DNA from: an uncultured Oscillospiraceae bacterium
GTDB lineage: Bacteria; Bacillota; Clostridia; Oscillospirales; Oscillospiraceae
Direction of reading: 5' to 3'
Length of the DNA stretch: 64,000 nucleotides
Assembly (NCBI GenBank): GCA_944385125.1
Contig: CALWVZ010000005.1
Location: 74 to 64,073, forward strand
Of this stretch, positions 18,322 to 28,437 are shown one piece after another (the stretch's first letter is position 1; each line of letters starts with the position of its first letter). The position numbers were made by a program, and so were the translations under genes. The notes beneath the pieces were generated by a model. That model worked only from the letters and a program-made list of their open reading frames with translations, did no database searches and had not been told where the DNA came from.

Positions 18322-20289
18322 ATGGACAGTTTCAAGCTTGTTTCACAGTACCAGCCCACCGGCGACCAGCCGGAAGCTATAGACGCTCTGGTCTCAGGTA
18401 TAGAAAACGGCATAGACGAGCAGGTGCTGTTGGGAGTCACCGGCTCCGGCAAGACCTTCACCATGGCAAACGTCATTGCCAGGCTGAACCGGCCCACTTT
18501 GGTGCTGGCCCACAACAAGACCCTGGCGGCCCAGCTTTGCAGCGAGTTTCGGGAGTTCTTCCCGGAAAACGCCGTGGAGTACTTTGTCTCCTATTACGAC
18601 TATTACCAGCCGGAGGCCTATATAGCCCATACCGACACCTTCATCGAGAAGGACTGCTCCATCAACGACGAGATAGAGCGGCTGCGCCACAGCGCCACCT
18701 CCAGCCTCTTTGAAAGAAGAGACGTAATCGTGGTGGCTTCTGTTTCATGTATTTACGGCTTAGGCGACCCTATCGACTATGCAAACATGGTCATCTCCCT
18801 GCGTCAGGGCCAGACCCGGGACTTTGACCAGCTTTTGAGAAAACTGCTGGAGATACGCTACGAGCGCAATGACATTGCCTTCCAGCGAAACATGTTCCGT
18901 GTCCGGGGGGACACCTTGGAGATATTTCCCGCCTACTCCAATGACAAGGCAATAAGAGTGGAGTTTTTTGGAGACGAGCTCGACAGGATAAGCGAGATAA
19001 ATGTGGTGACCGGGGAGCCCACCCGCTACCTCAGCCATGTGGCCATATACCCCGCCAGCCACTACGTCACTACCAAAGAGAAGATGGCCTCGGCCATTGA
19101 GCGCATACGGGCAGAATGCGATGAGCGGGTGAAATACTTCCAGGACAACAACCGGCTCATAGAGGCCCAGCGCATAAAACAGCGCACGGACTACGATATA
19201 GAGATGATGCAGGAGCTGGGTTACTGCACGGGAATAGAAAACTACTCCCGGGTGATTTCCGACCGGGCCCCCGGCAGCCCGCCCATGACCTTGCTGGACT
19301 ATTTCCCCAAGGACTTCCTGCTCTTTGTGGACGAGAGCCACGTGACCTTGCCCCAGGTGCGGGCCATGTACCGGGGAGACAGAGCCAGGAAGGAGTCGCT
19401 GGTGGAATACGGCTTCCGCCTGCCTTCGGCCTTTGACAACAGACCCCTGAAATTTGAAGAGTTCACGGAGCGGATACACCAGCGGGTATATGTCTCCGCC
19501 ACCCCCGGAGACTATGAGAAGGAGCGGTCCGGCCAGGTGGTGGAGCAGATAATCCGACCCACGGGCCTTCTGGACCCGGAGATATTCGTGCGCCCTGTGG
19601 AGGGGCAGATAGACGATCTTATCGGGGAGATAAACGCCCGCATAGCCAAGGGGCAGCGCAGTTTGGTGACTACCCTTACCAAGAAAATGGCGGAGGACCT
19701 CACCGACTATCTTTCCAACTCCGGCATACGCTGCCGCTACATGCACCACGACATAGGTACCATAGAGCGCATGGAGATAATACGGGACCTGCGCCTGGGA
19801 GAGTTTGACGTGCTGGTGGGCATAAACCTGCTGAGAGAGGGCCTGGACATCCCGGAGGTGGGCCTGGTGGCCATACTGGATGCGGATAAGGAAGGCTTCC
19901 TGAGAAGCGAGACCAGCCTGATCCAGACCGTGGGGCGGGCCGCCAGAAATGCAGAGAGCCAGGTCATAATGTACGCCGATACTATAACGCCCTCCATGCG
20001 CTCCTGCATCAATGAGACGGCCCGGCGCCGGGAGAAACAGATGGCCTATAACCAGGCCCACGGCATCGTACCCAAGACCATAGTAAAGAGCGTGAGGGAC
20101 CTTATTGAGATATCAACGGATATAAAGCCTGCCGCCCGCCGGGGCGACGGCACCAAGCTCACGGAGCGGGAGCGGAAGGAACTCATCGCCAGCCTGGAGG
20201 ACAAGATGCGCAAGGCGGCAAAGATGCTGGAATACGAGATCGCTGCAGAGCTTCGGGACGAGATAATCCGCCTGCGGGGCGAGAAGTGA
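18322..20289 (+). CDS. uvrB: Excinuclease ABC subunit B
   Basis: [23 protein letters not shown], helicase C motifs and the C-terminal UVR motif [16 protein letters not shown]. Confidence 0.97.
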   Translation: MDSFKLVSQYQPTGDQPEAIDALVSGIENGIDEQVLLGVTGSGKTFTMANVIARLNRPTLVLAHNKTLAAQLCSEFREFFPENAVEYFVSYYDYYQPEAYIAHTDTFIEKDCSINDEIERLRHSATSSLFERRDVIVVASVSCIYGLGDPIDYANMVISLRQGQTRDFDQLLRKLLEIRYERNDIAFQRNMFRVRGDTLEIFPAYSNDKAIRVEFFGDELDRISEINVVTGEPTRYLSHVAIYPASHYVTTKEKMASAIERIRAECDERVKYFQDNNRLIEAQRIKQRTDYDIEMMQELGYCTGIENYSRVISDRAPGSPPMTLLDYFPKDFLLFVDESHVTLPQVRAMYRGDRARKESLVEYGFRLPSAFDNRPLKFEEFTERIHQRVYVSATPGDYEKERSGQVVEQIIRPTGLLDPEIFVRPVEGQIDDLIGEINARIAKGQRSLVTTLTKKMAEDLTDYLSNSGIRCRYMHHDIGTIERMEIIRDLRLGEFDVLVGINLLREGLDIPEVGLVAILDADKEGFLRSETSLIQTVGRAARNAESQVIMYADTITPSMRSCINETARRREKQMAYNQAHGIVPKTIVKSVRDLIEISTDIKPAARRGDGTKLTERERKELIASLEDKMRKAAKMLEYEIAAELRDEIIRLRGEK

Positions 20290-20301
20290 GGTTTAAGGCA
20301 A

Positions 20302-22863
20302 ATGAAGCTAATGATACTGGATGGCAACAGCATAGTGAACCGGGCCTTTTACGGCGTGCGCCCCCTCAACGCCCCGGACGGCAGGCCCACCAATGCGGTG
20401 TACGGCTTTATCGCCATATTGCAGAAGCTGCTGGAGGAGCAGAAGCCGGAGGCGGTGTGCGTCAGCTTTGACCTGAAGGCCCCCACCTTCCGCCATAAGG
20501 AGTACGAGGGCTACAAGGCCCAGCGCAAGGCCATGCCGGAGGAGCTGGCGGAGCAGATACCCATGCTGAAGGAGACTCTGGACGCCATGGGAATACGCCG
20601 CTACGAGCTGGAGGGTTACGAGGCGGACGATATCCTGGGCACCGCTGCCGCTGTCTGCGAGAGAGCGGGCTGGGACTGCGTAATCGTCACCGGGGATAAG
20701 GACAGCCTTCAGCTCATAAGCGACACCACCAGCGTCTGCAACGTGAAGACCCGCATGGGCCAGACCGAGACAATAGTCTATACCCCGGAGCGCTTCCGGG
20801 AGGAATACGGCTTTGAGCCGAAATTGATGGTGGACCTGAAGGCCCTGATGGGGGACAGCTCCGACAATATCCCCGGCGTCCCCGGCGTGGGGGAAAAGAC
20901 CGCCATGGCCCTGGTGCAGAACTACGGGACTATAGAGAACATATACTCAAATCTGGACAGCCTGGACGTGAAGGACGGCGTAAAGAAGAAGCTGGTCCAG
21001 GGAAAGGACAGCGCAGAGAGATCCTACTGGCTGGCCACCATAGTCCGGGACATACCTTTGGAGTTTAAGCCGGAAGAGAACCTTTGGAACAGGGATTATA
21101 CCCCGGAGCTCTACGGAGTATTCAAAGGCCTGGGCTTCAACAAGTTCATAGAGAGGTGGGGCCTGGAACCGGGGGAGAGCAGTGCGGCGGCCTCTGGGGA
21201 GGCGGACAGCCTGGAACACTGCACCATCATGACGGCGGAGGAGACGGAGAAGCTCATCGCCGCCGTGAAGTCCGCCCCCTGGGTGGCGGTGTACAGCCTG
21301 GAGGGCCTGGACAGCCTGGAGATATGCGACGGGGAAAAGCTCTATCAGGCGACCTGGAACCGCTGCGGGGAGAGCTACGACCGGCTGCTGAAAACGGTCT
21401 TTTCCCCGGAGGTGAAGAAGGCGGGCCACAATGTGAAAGACCTTATGGGCCTGCTTATGAAGGAGGGCCTGCCCACTGAGGGCTTCGTTTTTGACACCGC
21501 CCTGGCGGCCTACCTGCTGGAGGCTACGGAGAGCGACTACGCCCCGAAGAGGATAAGCGTGAGATATGCCGGCCGGGAGCTGAGCGGTGCCGAGGCAGTC
21601 TGGGCCTTGTACCCTATACTGGATGCAAGAATGAAGGAGCTGGGCATGGAGGAGCTCTATTACAATATAGAGCTGCCCTTGTGCACAGTGCTCTCCCAGA
21701 TGGAGAAGTCCGGCTTCTATGTGGATAGGCAGGCTCTCTATGACTTTGGAGAGAGCCTGAACGCCGGGATAAACGCCCTGCAGGAGAGTATATGGGGCCA
21801 TGCCGGCCATGAGTTCAACATCAATTCCCCCAAACAACTGGGGGCCGTGCTCTTTGAGGAGCTGATGCTGCCCTATGGAAAAAAGACCAAGACCGGCTGG
21901 AGCACCAATGCGGACGTACTGGAAAAGCTCCAGGATAAGCACCCAATAGTTAAAGAGGTGCTGGATTACCGCATGCTCACAAAACTTAAATCCACCTATG
22001 CCGAGGGGCTTTTGAAGGTGATAAGCCAGGACGGGCGCATACACACCAGCTTCCAGATGACGGTGACGGCCACCGGCCGCCTGTCCTCCACGGAGCCCAA
22101 CCTCCAGAATATCCCGGTGAGGAAGGAGCTTGGGGCTCAGATACGCAACATGTTCGTGGCGGCGCCGGGGATGATGCTGGTGGACGCCGACTACAGCCAG
22201 ATAGAGCTGCGGCTGCTGGCCCATATCTCCGGGGACGAGAACATGAAGGAGGCCTTCCTCAGCGGGGAGGACTTCCACACCGTCACCGCTTCCAAGGTCT
22301 TCGGGGTCCCGGTGGAACAGGTGACTCCCACCCTGAGGAGCCGGGCCAAGGCGGTGAACTTTGGCATCGTCTACGGCATTTCCGCTTTCTCTTTGGCCCA
22401 GGACATCGGAGTGTATACCAACGAGGCCAAGGCCTATATGGACGCCTACCTGGAGAGATATCACGGCGTCAGGGACTATATGAAGAATATAGTGGAGAGC
22501 GCAAAGGAAAAGGGCTATGTTTCCACCATTTACGGCCGGCGGCGCTACCTGCCGGAGCTGAAGAGCTCCAACTTCAATATGCGCAGCTTCGGGGAACGGG
22601 TGGCCTTGAATATGCCGGTGCAGGGGACTGCGGCGGATATCATCAAGCTTGCCATGGTGAACGTGTACCGGCGGCTCAAAGAGTCGGGGCTCAAAGCCAA
22701 GCTCATACTCCAGGTCCACGACGAGCTAATTGTGGAGTGCCCCGGGGAAGAGGCGGAGCAGGTCAGGGACATTCTGACAGATGAAATGGAGAACGCCGTC
22801 CACCTCAGCGTCCCCCTGGTAGCCGAGGCCCATATAGGCCACAGCTGGGCGGAGGCCCACTGA
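20302..22863 (+). CDS. polA: DNA polymerase I
   Basis: N-terminal 5' nuclease domain. Pol motifs DYSQIELRLLAH (A), RSRAKAVNFGIVYG (B) and QVHDELIVE (C). 853 aa. Confidence 0.97.
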   Translation: MKLMILDGNSIVNRAFYGVRPLNAPDGRPTNAVYGFIAILQKLLEEQKPEAVCVSFDLKAPTFRHKEYEGYKAQRKAMPEELAEQIPMLKETLDAMGIRRYELEGYEADDILGTAAAVCERAGWDCVIVTGDKDSLQLISDTTSVCNVKTRMGQTETIVYTPERFREEYGFEPKLMVDLKALMGDSSDNIPGVPGVGEKTAMALVQNYGTIENIYSNLDSLDVKDGVKKKLVQGKDSAERSYWLATIVRDIPLEFKPEENLWNRDYTPELYGVFKGLGFNKFIERWGLEPGESSAAASGEADSLEHCTIMTAEETEKLIAAVKSAPWVAVYSLEGLDSLEICDGEKLYQATWNRCGESYDRLLKTVFSPEVKKAGHNVKDLMGLLMKEGLPTEGFVFDTALAAYLLEATESDYAPKRISVRYAGRELSGAEAVWALYPILDARMKELGMEELYYNIELPLCTVLSQMEKSGFYVDRQALYDFGESLNAGINALQESIWGHAGHEFNINSPKQLGAVLFEELMLPYGKKTKTGWSTNADVLEKLQDKHPIVKEVLDYRMLTKLKSTYAEGLLKVISQDGRIHTSFQMTVTATGRLSSTEPNLQNIPVRKELGAQIRNMFVAAPGMMLVDADYSQIELRLLAHISGDENMKEAFLSGEDFHTVTASKVFGVPVEQVTPTLRSRAKAVNFGIVYGISAFSLAQDIGVYTNEAKAYMDAYLERYHGVRDYMKNIVESAKEKGYVSTIYGRRRYLPELKSSNFNMRSFGERVALNMPVQGTAADIIKLAMVNVYRRLKESGLKAKLILQVHDELIVECPGEEAEQVRDILTDEMENAVHLSVPLVAEAHIGHSWAEAH

Positions 22864-22864
22864 T

Positions 22865-23311
22865 ATGGTCAGGCGCATTGAGGACGTCCGGGAGGAGCAG
22901 CTGGAGCAGATCGAGGAAATAGAAAATGCCTGCTTCTCCCTGCCCTGGACCCGGGATCAGCTGAAAAGCCAGATGAAGGATCCGCAGCATGAGTTCATAG
23001 CTGCACTGGAGGAGAACGGCCGGGTGCTGGGCTATGTTGGCATGATGCACGTGCTGGACGAGGGCTATATATCCAATGTGGCCGTGGCCCCGGAGGTCCG
23101 GCGGCAGGGGATAGGACAGGCGCTGATAGAGGAGTTGATGGCCCGGGCAGAGGCTCTGGACCTGGCCTTTGTCACCCTGGAGGTGCGCTGCGGCAACGCC
23201 GCCGCCATAGCCCTGTATGAAAAACAGGGATTTGTTCCTGTGGGAAGAAGAAAGAATTACTATGATTTTCCCAGGGAAGATGCTATACTAATGACACATT
23301 TTTTGAAATGA
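22865..23311 (+). CDS. rimI: Ribosomal-protein-alanine N-acetyltransferase (GNAT)
   Basis: GNAT acetyl-CoA site VRRQGIGQALIEEL. Sits directly upstream of tsaD as in many Firmicutes. Starts 1 nt after the polA stop. Confidence 0.8.
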   Translation: MVRRIEDVREEQLEQIEEIENACFSLPWTRDQLKSQMKDPQHEFIAALEENGRVLGYVGMMHVLDEGYISNVAVAPEVRRQGIGQALIEELMARAEALDLAFVTLEVRCGNAAAIALYEKQGFVPVGRRKNYYDFPREDAILMTHFLK

Positions 23312-23321
23312 GGCGCAGATT

Positions 23322-24323
23322 TTGAAAATACTTGCTTTTGAATCTACCTGTGACGAGACCGCCGTTGCGGTGGTGGAGGACGGCAGGAAGATACTTACCG
23401 ACCAGATCTTTTCCCAGGCCCAGCTCCATGCCGTATACGGCGGGGTAGTGCCGGAGATAGCTTCCCGCTGCCATGTGGAGTCTATATCCATATTGAGCCA
23501 GCGGGCCATAGAGGCGGCGGGCGTAACCCGGCAGGATATAGACGCCGTGGCTGTGTCCTACGCTCCGGGACTTATCGGTGCGGTGCTTGTGGGGGTGAAC
23601 TTTGCCAAGGCCTGCGCCCTGGCTCTGGGCGTGCCACTCATCCCGGTGCACCATATCCGGGGCCATATTGCCGCAAACTACCTGGCCTACCCGGAGCTGG
23701 AGCCGCCCTTCCTCTGCCTTGCCATCTCCGGGGGTAACACTATGCTGGTGGATGTGCGTGATTATACGGATATGGAGATAATCGGCAGTACCAGAGACGA
23801 TGCGGCAGGGGAATGCTTCGACAAGACCGCCAGGGTCTTGGGCCTGCCTTACCCCGGCGGCAAGCCCATAGACGAGCTCTCCCAGGGCGGGGACGATAAT
23901 ATGTACCATTTCCCAATCTCCCATGTGGAGGGCAATCCCTATGACATGAGCTTTTCCGGGCTGAAGACTGCTGTGATCAACCTGGTGCACAATGCCCAGC
24001 AGAAGGGGGAGGAGCTGGACAGAAAGGGCCTTGCCGCTTCCTTTACCAAGGCTGTCAGCGACAGCCTGGTGCCCCGCACCATGATGGCGGCGGAAAACCT
24101 GGGCTATAAAAAGATAGTGGTGGCCGGGGGCGTGGCCGCAAACTCCAGGATAAGGGCGGACTTTACTGCCGCCGCAAAGGAGAAAGGCTGCGAGCTGTTT
24201 GTGCCTCCCCTGAGACTCTGCGGAGACAACGGCGCCATGATAGGCGCCCAGGCCTACTACGAGTATCAGGCGGGAGTGACCGCAGGCAGCGAGCTCAACG
24301 CCTACGCCACCATGGACATATAA
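23322..24323 (+). CDS. tsaD: tRNA N6-adenosine threonylcarbamoyltransferase
   Basis: ILAFESTCDETAVAVV N-terminus and metal site VHHIRGHI. TTG start preceded by GAGG. Confidence 0.95.
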   Translation: MKILAFESTCDETAVAVVEDGRKILTDQIFSQAQLHAVYGGVVPEIASRCHVESISILSQRAIEAAGVTRQDIDAVAVSYAPGLIGAVLVGVNFAKACALALGVPLIPVHHIRGHIAANYLAYPELEPPFLCLAISGGNTMLVDVRDYTDMEIIGSTRDDAAGECFDKTARVLGLPYPGGKPIDELSQGGDDNMYHFPISHVEGNPYDMSFSGLKTAVINLVHNAQQKGEELDRKGLAASFTKAVSDSLVPRTMMAAENLGYKKIVVAGGVAANSRIRADFTAAAKEKGCELFVPPLRLCGDNGAMIGAQAYYEYQAGVTAGSELNAYATMDI

Positions 24324-24352
24324 GGAAAAAACAGAGAACAGGGGATAGCCTC

Positions 24353-25033
24353 ATGGGTGTTCACGACGGGCACAGAGACAGATTAAAAAGCAGGTTCATG
24401 GAGCATGGGCTGGACAGCTTCAACGAGCTAAATGCGCTGGAGCTGCTGCTTTTCTATGCCATTCCCAGGAAAGACACCAATGTGATGGCCCATGACCTGA
24501 TAGATAGGTTCGGCAGCCTCGGCGGCGTATTCGACGCAAGCCTACGGGAACTGACGGAGGTACCGGGGATAGGGGAAAATGCGGCGCTGCTGATTAAACT
24601 TGTTCCCCAGATGATGAAAAAATGCCAGCTGTCAAGAGTAAATGATATTCGTATTTTCCGCAGCTCCAAAGATTTGGGCCGTTTCTTGGTGCCTCGCTTT
24701 ATGGATGAGCGGGACGAGGTGGCCCTGCTGCTGTGTCTGGACAGCCGGAAAAGCCTGATCTGCTGTGAAATACTGAACCGTGGCGTAGTAAATGCCGTGG
24801 ACATCACAGTCCGGCGGCTGGTGGAGCTGGCATTGAAAAACAAGGCCGCATCCCTGGTCCTGGCCCACAACCACCCGGAGGGTATAGCCCTGCCTTCCAG
24901 AGAGGACGAGGCATTTACCAGGAAAGCCGGGGAGGCTCTGCGCCTCATGGGCATGGAACTGCTGGACCACATAATCGTCTCTGGGGACAGATATTTTTCC
25001 ATGAGGGACTCCGGCCTTTATGGCAGGTTCTGA
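24353..25033 (+). CDS. radC: RadC-family JAB/MPN domain protein
   Basis: N-terminal HhH region (LELLLFYAIPRKDT) and JAMM-like LAHNHPEG. Confidence 0.9.
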   Translation: MGVHDGHRDRLKSRFMEHGLDSFNELNALELLLFYAIPRKDTNVMAHDLIDRFGSLGGVFDASLRELTEVPGIGENAALLIKLVPQMMKKCQLSRVNDIRIFRSSKDLGRFLVPRFMDERDEVALLLCLDSRKSLICCEILNRGVVNAVDITVRRLVELALKNKAASLVLAHNHPEGIALPSREDEAFTRKAGEALRLMGMELLDHIIVSGDRYFSMRDSGLYGRF

Positions 25034-25106
25034 ACAGAGATTATGTAAATTGTTTTTTGTCTTTGAATTGTAAATTTTTATCTCCCGGTTCTCGACTGTA
25101 TTTTAC

Positions 25107-25194
25107 AATTTATTCTGCAAATAGGGACTTTTCGCAGGATTCGGCATGTTGAAAACCATGTTGAAAATGTTGATAACTATTTGCAGAATAATTT
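25107..25194. repeat. 17-bp inverted repeat (16/17 match, 13 bp perfect) enclosing 54 bp
   Basis: AATTTATTCTGCAAATA at 25107-25123 and its complement TATTTGCAGAATAATTT at 25178-25194. TATTCTGCAAATA / TATTTGCAGAATA are perfect complements. Confidence 0.85.
25146..25177. repeat. Three tandem ATGTTGA(A/T)AA units inside the inverted repeat
   Basis: ATGTTGAAAACC, ATGTTGAAA and ATGTTGATAAC read directly from the sequence. Confidence 0.85.
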
Positions 25195-25380
25195 TTTACA
25201 GATGTTATGTAACTTATTGAAACCCCTGTAATCACGGGAATAAAAGTTAAACTATTCCGATAAAATTCGGTGAATATAGAACAAATCACGGAAATTATCC
25301 AAGGAAGAATAAAAGCATAGATTTCAAACTATTTCCGAATTATACTTTTAGTTATATATTGACAGCTGACAGCATAAGTG

Positions 25381-25409
25381 TTGACTTGAACAGGGATATA
25401 TGCTAAAAT
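25381..25409 (+). promoter_or_regulatory. Strong sigma-A-type promoter for tRNA-Thr
   Basis: TTGACT-17 nt-TAAAAT with a TGC extended -10, about 34 nt upstream of the mature tRNA 5' end. Confidence 0.6.
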
Positions 25410-25442
25410 ACCTTCCGCTGAACCCCAAGTTTAAAGCATTCT

Positions 25443-25518
25443 GCTGGTATAGCTCAGTCGGTAGAGCACTTCACTCGTAATGAAGGGGTCGTGTGTTCGA
25501 GTCACATTACCAGCTCCA
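25443..25518 (+). tRNA. tRNA-Thr (anticodon CGT), CCA encoded
   Basis: Acceptor stem GCTGGTA/TACCAGC, D-arm AGCTCAGTCGGTAGAGC, anticodon arm CTTCA-CTCGTAA-TGAAG (CGU) and T-arm GTGTGTTCGAGTCACAT. 3' CCA present. Confidence 0.93.
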
Positions 25519-25560
25519 ATGACTGGCAGGTCCTATGCAGGACCTGCCGGTCATTGATTT
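25519..25560 (+). terminator. Rho-independent terminator after tRNA-Thr
   Basis: AATGACTGGCAGGTCC / GGACCTGCCGGTCATT stem with one G-U pair, followed by GATTT. Confidence 0.7.
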
Positions 25561-25734
25561 ATAATTACTTTAAAAAAATATGGAACATTTTTCACATTTG
25601 TGGTATCATTTAAAGCTGCGGCAAGCGGTATGCAGTTTTTAAACAGGAGCTGAGGCGGCAGAAACAACTCGCAGCGTCGCCTGCGCATAGGCTTTGTTCA
25701 GGCCAATATATCGGGAAGCTCAGGTAAGTCTAGG

Positions 25735-27126
25735 ATGCATTCAAAAATCAATAAGGAGCAGGAGGAGCTTTTTAAAAATCTTCCCATACCCAGGGCCCTT
25801 TTAAAAATGATTTTGCCGGCGGTGGCAAGCCAGCTCATAGTTTTGATCTATAATATGGCGGATACCTTTTTTGTAGGTCAGACCAATAACCCGTACATGG
25901 TGGCCGGCACGTCCCTGATTTTGCCGGTGTTCAATATCAGCCTTTGTCTTTCCGGGCTGGCAGGCATAGGCGGCGGCTCCCTGATCTCCAGGCTTCTGGG
26001 ACAGGAAAAAGAAGAGGAAGCGGGAAAAGTCAGCGTCTTTTCTCTCTATCTGGCATTCTGTATATCGGCGATGTTTGCTCTTATAATGGGAGTTTTCATG
26101 GAGCCCATATTGCTGCTGCTGGGGGCAGGAGACAATACCTACGCATATGCAAAACAGTATGCCAGCTGCGTCATCGTAATTGGCGGCGTGCCCACTGTGC
26201 TTTCCAATGTGCTTTCTAATCTTATCCGCAGCATAGGCCGTTCCAGAGAGGCCAGCGCCGGGATCATTCTGGGCGGACTGCTGAATATAGCGCTGGACCC
26301 TCTATTCATGTTCGTGATCATGCCGGAGGGCAAGGAGGTTCTGGGCGCAGGTATTGCTACCTGCCTTTCAAACTGTGTGGCTCTCCTGTTTTTCATACTT
26401 GTGCTGGCCAAAATGGGCCGGGGCTCGGTGATAAGTTTTTCTCCAAGGAGGGGCCTGCCTCTTCGCTCCAGCGTACTTGCGGTGTTCGGCGTAGGTATTC
26501 CCTCGGCGGTTACAAGCTTCCTCTTTGATTTGGATTATGTAATAATTGATAAACTGATGGTATCCTACAACGATCTGGCTTTGGCTGCCGTGGGGATAGT
26601 GCTTAAGGTAGAGCGTTTCCCGCTGAACGTAGGAATAGGCATATGCCAGGGGATGATGCCGCTGGTAGCCTACAACTATTCTGCCGGCAATGAAAAGCGC
26701 ATGAACGACACGGTCCGCCTGTCCCGAAGACTGGGTTTGGGCGTAGCGGCGGTGAGCATACTGCTCTATGAGATATTTGCCCCGGAATTTTCCAGACTGT
26801 TCATTTCTGAAGCGGAGACTGTGTCGCTGGCATCTCAGTTCCTTCGCATACGAGTGCTGGCCACTCCGCTGATGTTTATGAGTTTCTTTACAGTCTACCT
26901 GTTCCAGGCCTTCGGCAAGGGCCATATATCCTTGTTCCTGGGCGTCAGCCGCTGGCTGGTGTTCAATATACCCATGCTTTTCCTGCTCAACAATCTTTTC
27001 GGCATGTTCGGGCTGGTCTGGTCCCAGGCCGCTGCGGACAGCCTTACAGTCATCCTGTCACTGTATGTATATAAACATTTCAGGCCCTCTGCAGGCATAG
27101 CCGCTTATAATGCTGCCAGAATCTAA
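25735..27126 (+). CDS. MATE-family efflux transporter
   Basis: 463 aa with about 12 predicted TM helices. Typical MATE N-terminus (LPIPRALLKMILPAVASQLIVLIYNMADTFFVG). Confidence 0.88.
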   Translation: MHSKINKEQEELFKNLPIPRALLKMILPAVASQLIVLIYNMADTFFVGQTNNPYMVAGTSLILPVFNISLCLSGLAGIGGGSLISRLLGQEKEEEAGKVSVFSLYLAFCISAMFALIMGVFMEPILLLLGAGDNTYAYAKQYASCVIVIGGVPTVLSNVLSNLIRSIGRSREASAGIILGGLLNIALDPLFMFVIMPEGKEVLGAGIATCLSNCVALLFFILVLAKMGRGSVISFSPRRGLPLRSSVLAVFGVGIPSAVTSFLFDLDYVIIDKLMVSYNDLALAAVGIVLKVERFPLNVGIGICQGMMPLVAYNYSAGNEKRMNDTVRLSRRLGLGVAAVSILLYEIFAPEFSRLFISEAETVSLASQFLRIRVLATPLMFMSFFTVYLFQAFGKGHISLFLGVSRWLVFNIPMLFLLNNLFGMFGLVWSQAAADSLTVILSLYVYKHFRPSAGIAAYNAARI

Positions 27127-27233
27127 AGAAAAAATTCAATTATTGTTTATACAAAATGCTCTGAAAGACTTTACTATTGAGAGCAATATGTGGTATAATG
27201 ACAGCAATGTAAAGCAGGAGGTGTAAGGGAAAG

Positions 27234-27797
27234 ATGGCTTCATCCACAAAGCGTGCTCTGGCAGATGCTCTTAAGCAAATGATGGAGGTCAAGCCTATAG
27301 CAAAAATCACCGTCAAGGATTTGGTGGAGATATGCAATGTGAACAGGCAGACCTTTTATTACCATTTTGACGATGTGTACGATCTTCTGGAGTGGGTGTT
27401 TGAGGAGGACGCCAACCGTGTCCTGCCGAAGGAAGTGCTCTACGAGCGCTGGCAGGAAGATGTTATGGTCTTTTTCCAGTACCTTTACGATAACTCCAGC
27501 TTTGCCCTTAATATATACAATTCCGGCAGCCGTCTGTATATGCTGCGGTTTTTGAAAGGACGCCTGGAGAGCTGCATCAGGAGCTTTGCCGACATTGTCT
27601 CAGAGGGCATGAATATAGACAAGCAGGACTACGACTTTGTCATAGAGTTCTATTCCAACGGAATAATAGGCCTTATTTCCCAGTGGATGGATATGAACAT
27701 GCAGACACCCAAGGTCATCACTCAGGAGAGGCTTATAAAGATGCTGGGAGGCAGTGTGGAGAACATGCTGTCCCGCTTCCAGACCCCTGCAAACTGA
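27234..27797 (+). CDS. TetR/AcrR-family transcriptional regulator (DhaS-like subgroup)
   Basis: N-terminal HTH ITVKDLVEICNVNRQTFYYHF. 187 aa. Confidence 0.85.
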   Translation: MASSTKRALADALKQMMEVKPIAKITVKDLVEICNVNRQTFYYHFDDVYDLLEWVFEEDANRVLPKEVLYERWQEDVMVFFQYLYDNSSFALNIYNSGSRLYMLRFLKGRLESCIRSFADIVSEGMNIDKQDYDFVIEFYSNGIIGLISQWMDMNMQTPKVITQERLIKMLGGSVENMLSRFQTPAN

Positions 27798-27818
27798 ATA
27801 AATATCGACCGGGAACAG

Positions 27819-27867
27819 GGCCGGGCGGAACGGGGGAAAGCCCCAGCTTCCGCCCGGCCTTTGCATT
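27819..27867 (+). terminator. Rho-independent terminator after the TetR gene
   Basis: GGCCGGGCGGAA / TTCCGCCCGGCC stem followed by TTTGCATTT. Confidence 0.65.
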
Positions 27868-27891
27868 TGAACGGAGCATATATTTTAGATG

Positions 27892-27920
27892 TTGAAAGCT
27901 GAGGAAAAGCGGGTTATAAT
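27892..27920 (+). promoter_or_regulatory. Sigma-A-type promoter for ybaK-uvrA
   Basis: TTGAAA-17 nt-TATAAT, 33 nt upstream of the ybaK ATG. Confidence 0.55.
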
Positions 27921-27952
27921 AAAGTGTTGGAACTCTCTGGGGAGGGATATAA

Positions 27953-28435
27953 ATGGCAGAACAGAAAACCAATGTCATGCGTCTGCTGACTCAAAAAAAG
28001 ATCAAATATACAGCCCATGAATATGAACACGGTGATGCAGCCGTGGATGGGCTTACGGCAGCAGAGCTCATCGGCGTTCCGGCGGATAAGGTGTTCAAGA
28101 CTTTGGTCACCAGAGGAGCGAGCAAAGGCGTATATGTATTTGTGGTCCCTGTGGCAAAGGAGCTGGAACTGAAAAAAGCGGCAAAAGCGGTGGGTGAGAA
28201 ATCCATTGCAATGATACACGTCAGCGAACTGCTGGGTCTTACCGGCTATGTCCGGGGAGGCTGCTCCCCGCTGGGCATGAAAAAACAGTACCCCACAGTT
28301 ATACATTCCACAGCTGAGGGGCTGGACAGTATAGTGGTCAGCGCAGGAAAAATCGGCTTCCAGGTGGAGCTGGACCCTCTGGAGCTTATAAAGCTCACCA
28401 GGGCAAAATTTGCGGATATCGTTGCTGAGGATTGA
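27953..28435 (+). CDS. ybaK: Cys-tRNA(Pro)/Cys-tRNA(Cys) deacylase
   Basis: YbaK/EbsC-size protein (160 aa) with [12 protein letters not shown] and KTLV motifs. Confidence 0.85.
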   Translation: MAEQKTNVMRLLTQKKIKYTAHEYEHGDAAVDGLTAAELIGVPADKVFKTLVTRGASKGVYVFVVPVAKELELKKAAKAVGEKSIAMIHVSELLGLTGYVRGGCSPLGMKKQYPTVIHSTAEGLDSIVVSAGKIGFQVELDPLELIKLTRAKFADIVAED

Positions 28436-28437
28436 GT

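Noticed and set aside
25146-25220. 24-codon ORF (MLKTMLKMLITICRIIFYRCYVTY) with AGGA 6 nt upstream, inside the AT-rich repeat region. Considered as a possible type I toxin-like or leader peptide.
   Set aside because: The repeated MLK simply mirrors the tandem DNA repeat. The peptide is too short for a TM toxin, and no promoter or antisense RNA can be argued from sequence alone. It is mentioned only as a possibility under the AT-rich region finding.
25035-25442. Replication origin (oriC) hypothesis for the AT-rich region
   Set aside because: Only one weak DnaA-box-like sequence (TTATCCAAG near 25296) was seen. There is no cluster of boxes and no dnaA, dnaN or gidA nearby.
27140-27337. 65-aa minus-strand ORF in the MATE-TetR intergenic region and TetR 5' end. 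Also a weak TGCTCT...AGAGCA inverted repeat (27157-27185), considered as a TetR operator.
   Set aside because: The ORF overlaps the TetR HTH-coding region and has no RBS. The 6-bp inverted repeat is too short to call an operator without comparative data.
25443-27797. Integrated mobile element at tRNA-Thr carrying the MATE/TetR pair
   Set aside because: No integrase, recombinase or phage genes are present. I could not find a direct repeat of the tRNA 3' end downstream by eye. The genes appear compositionally similar to their surroundings (not computed).
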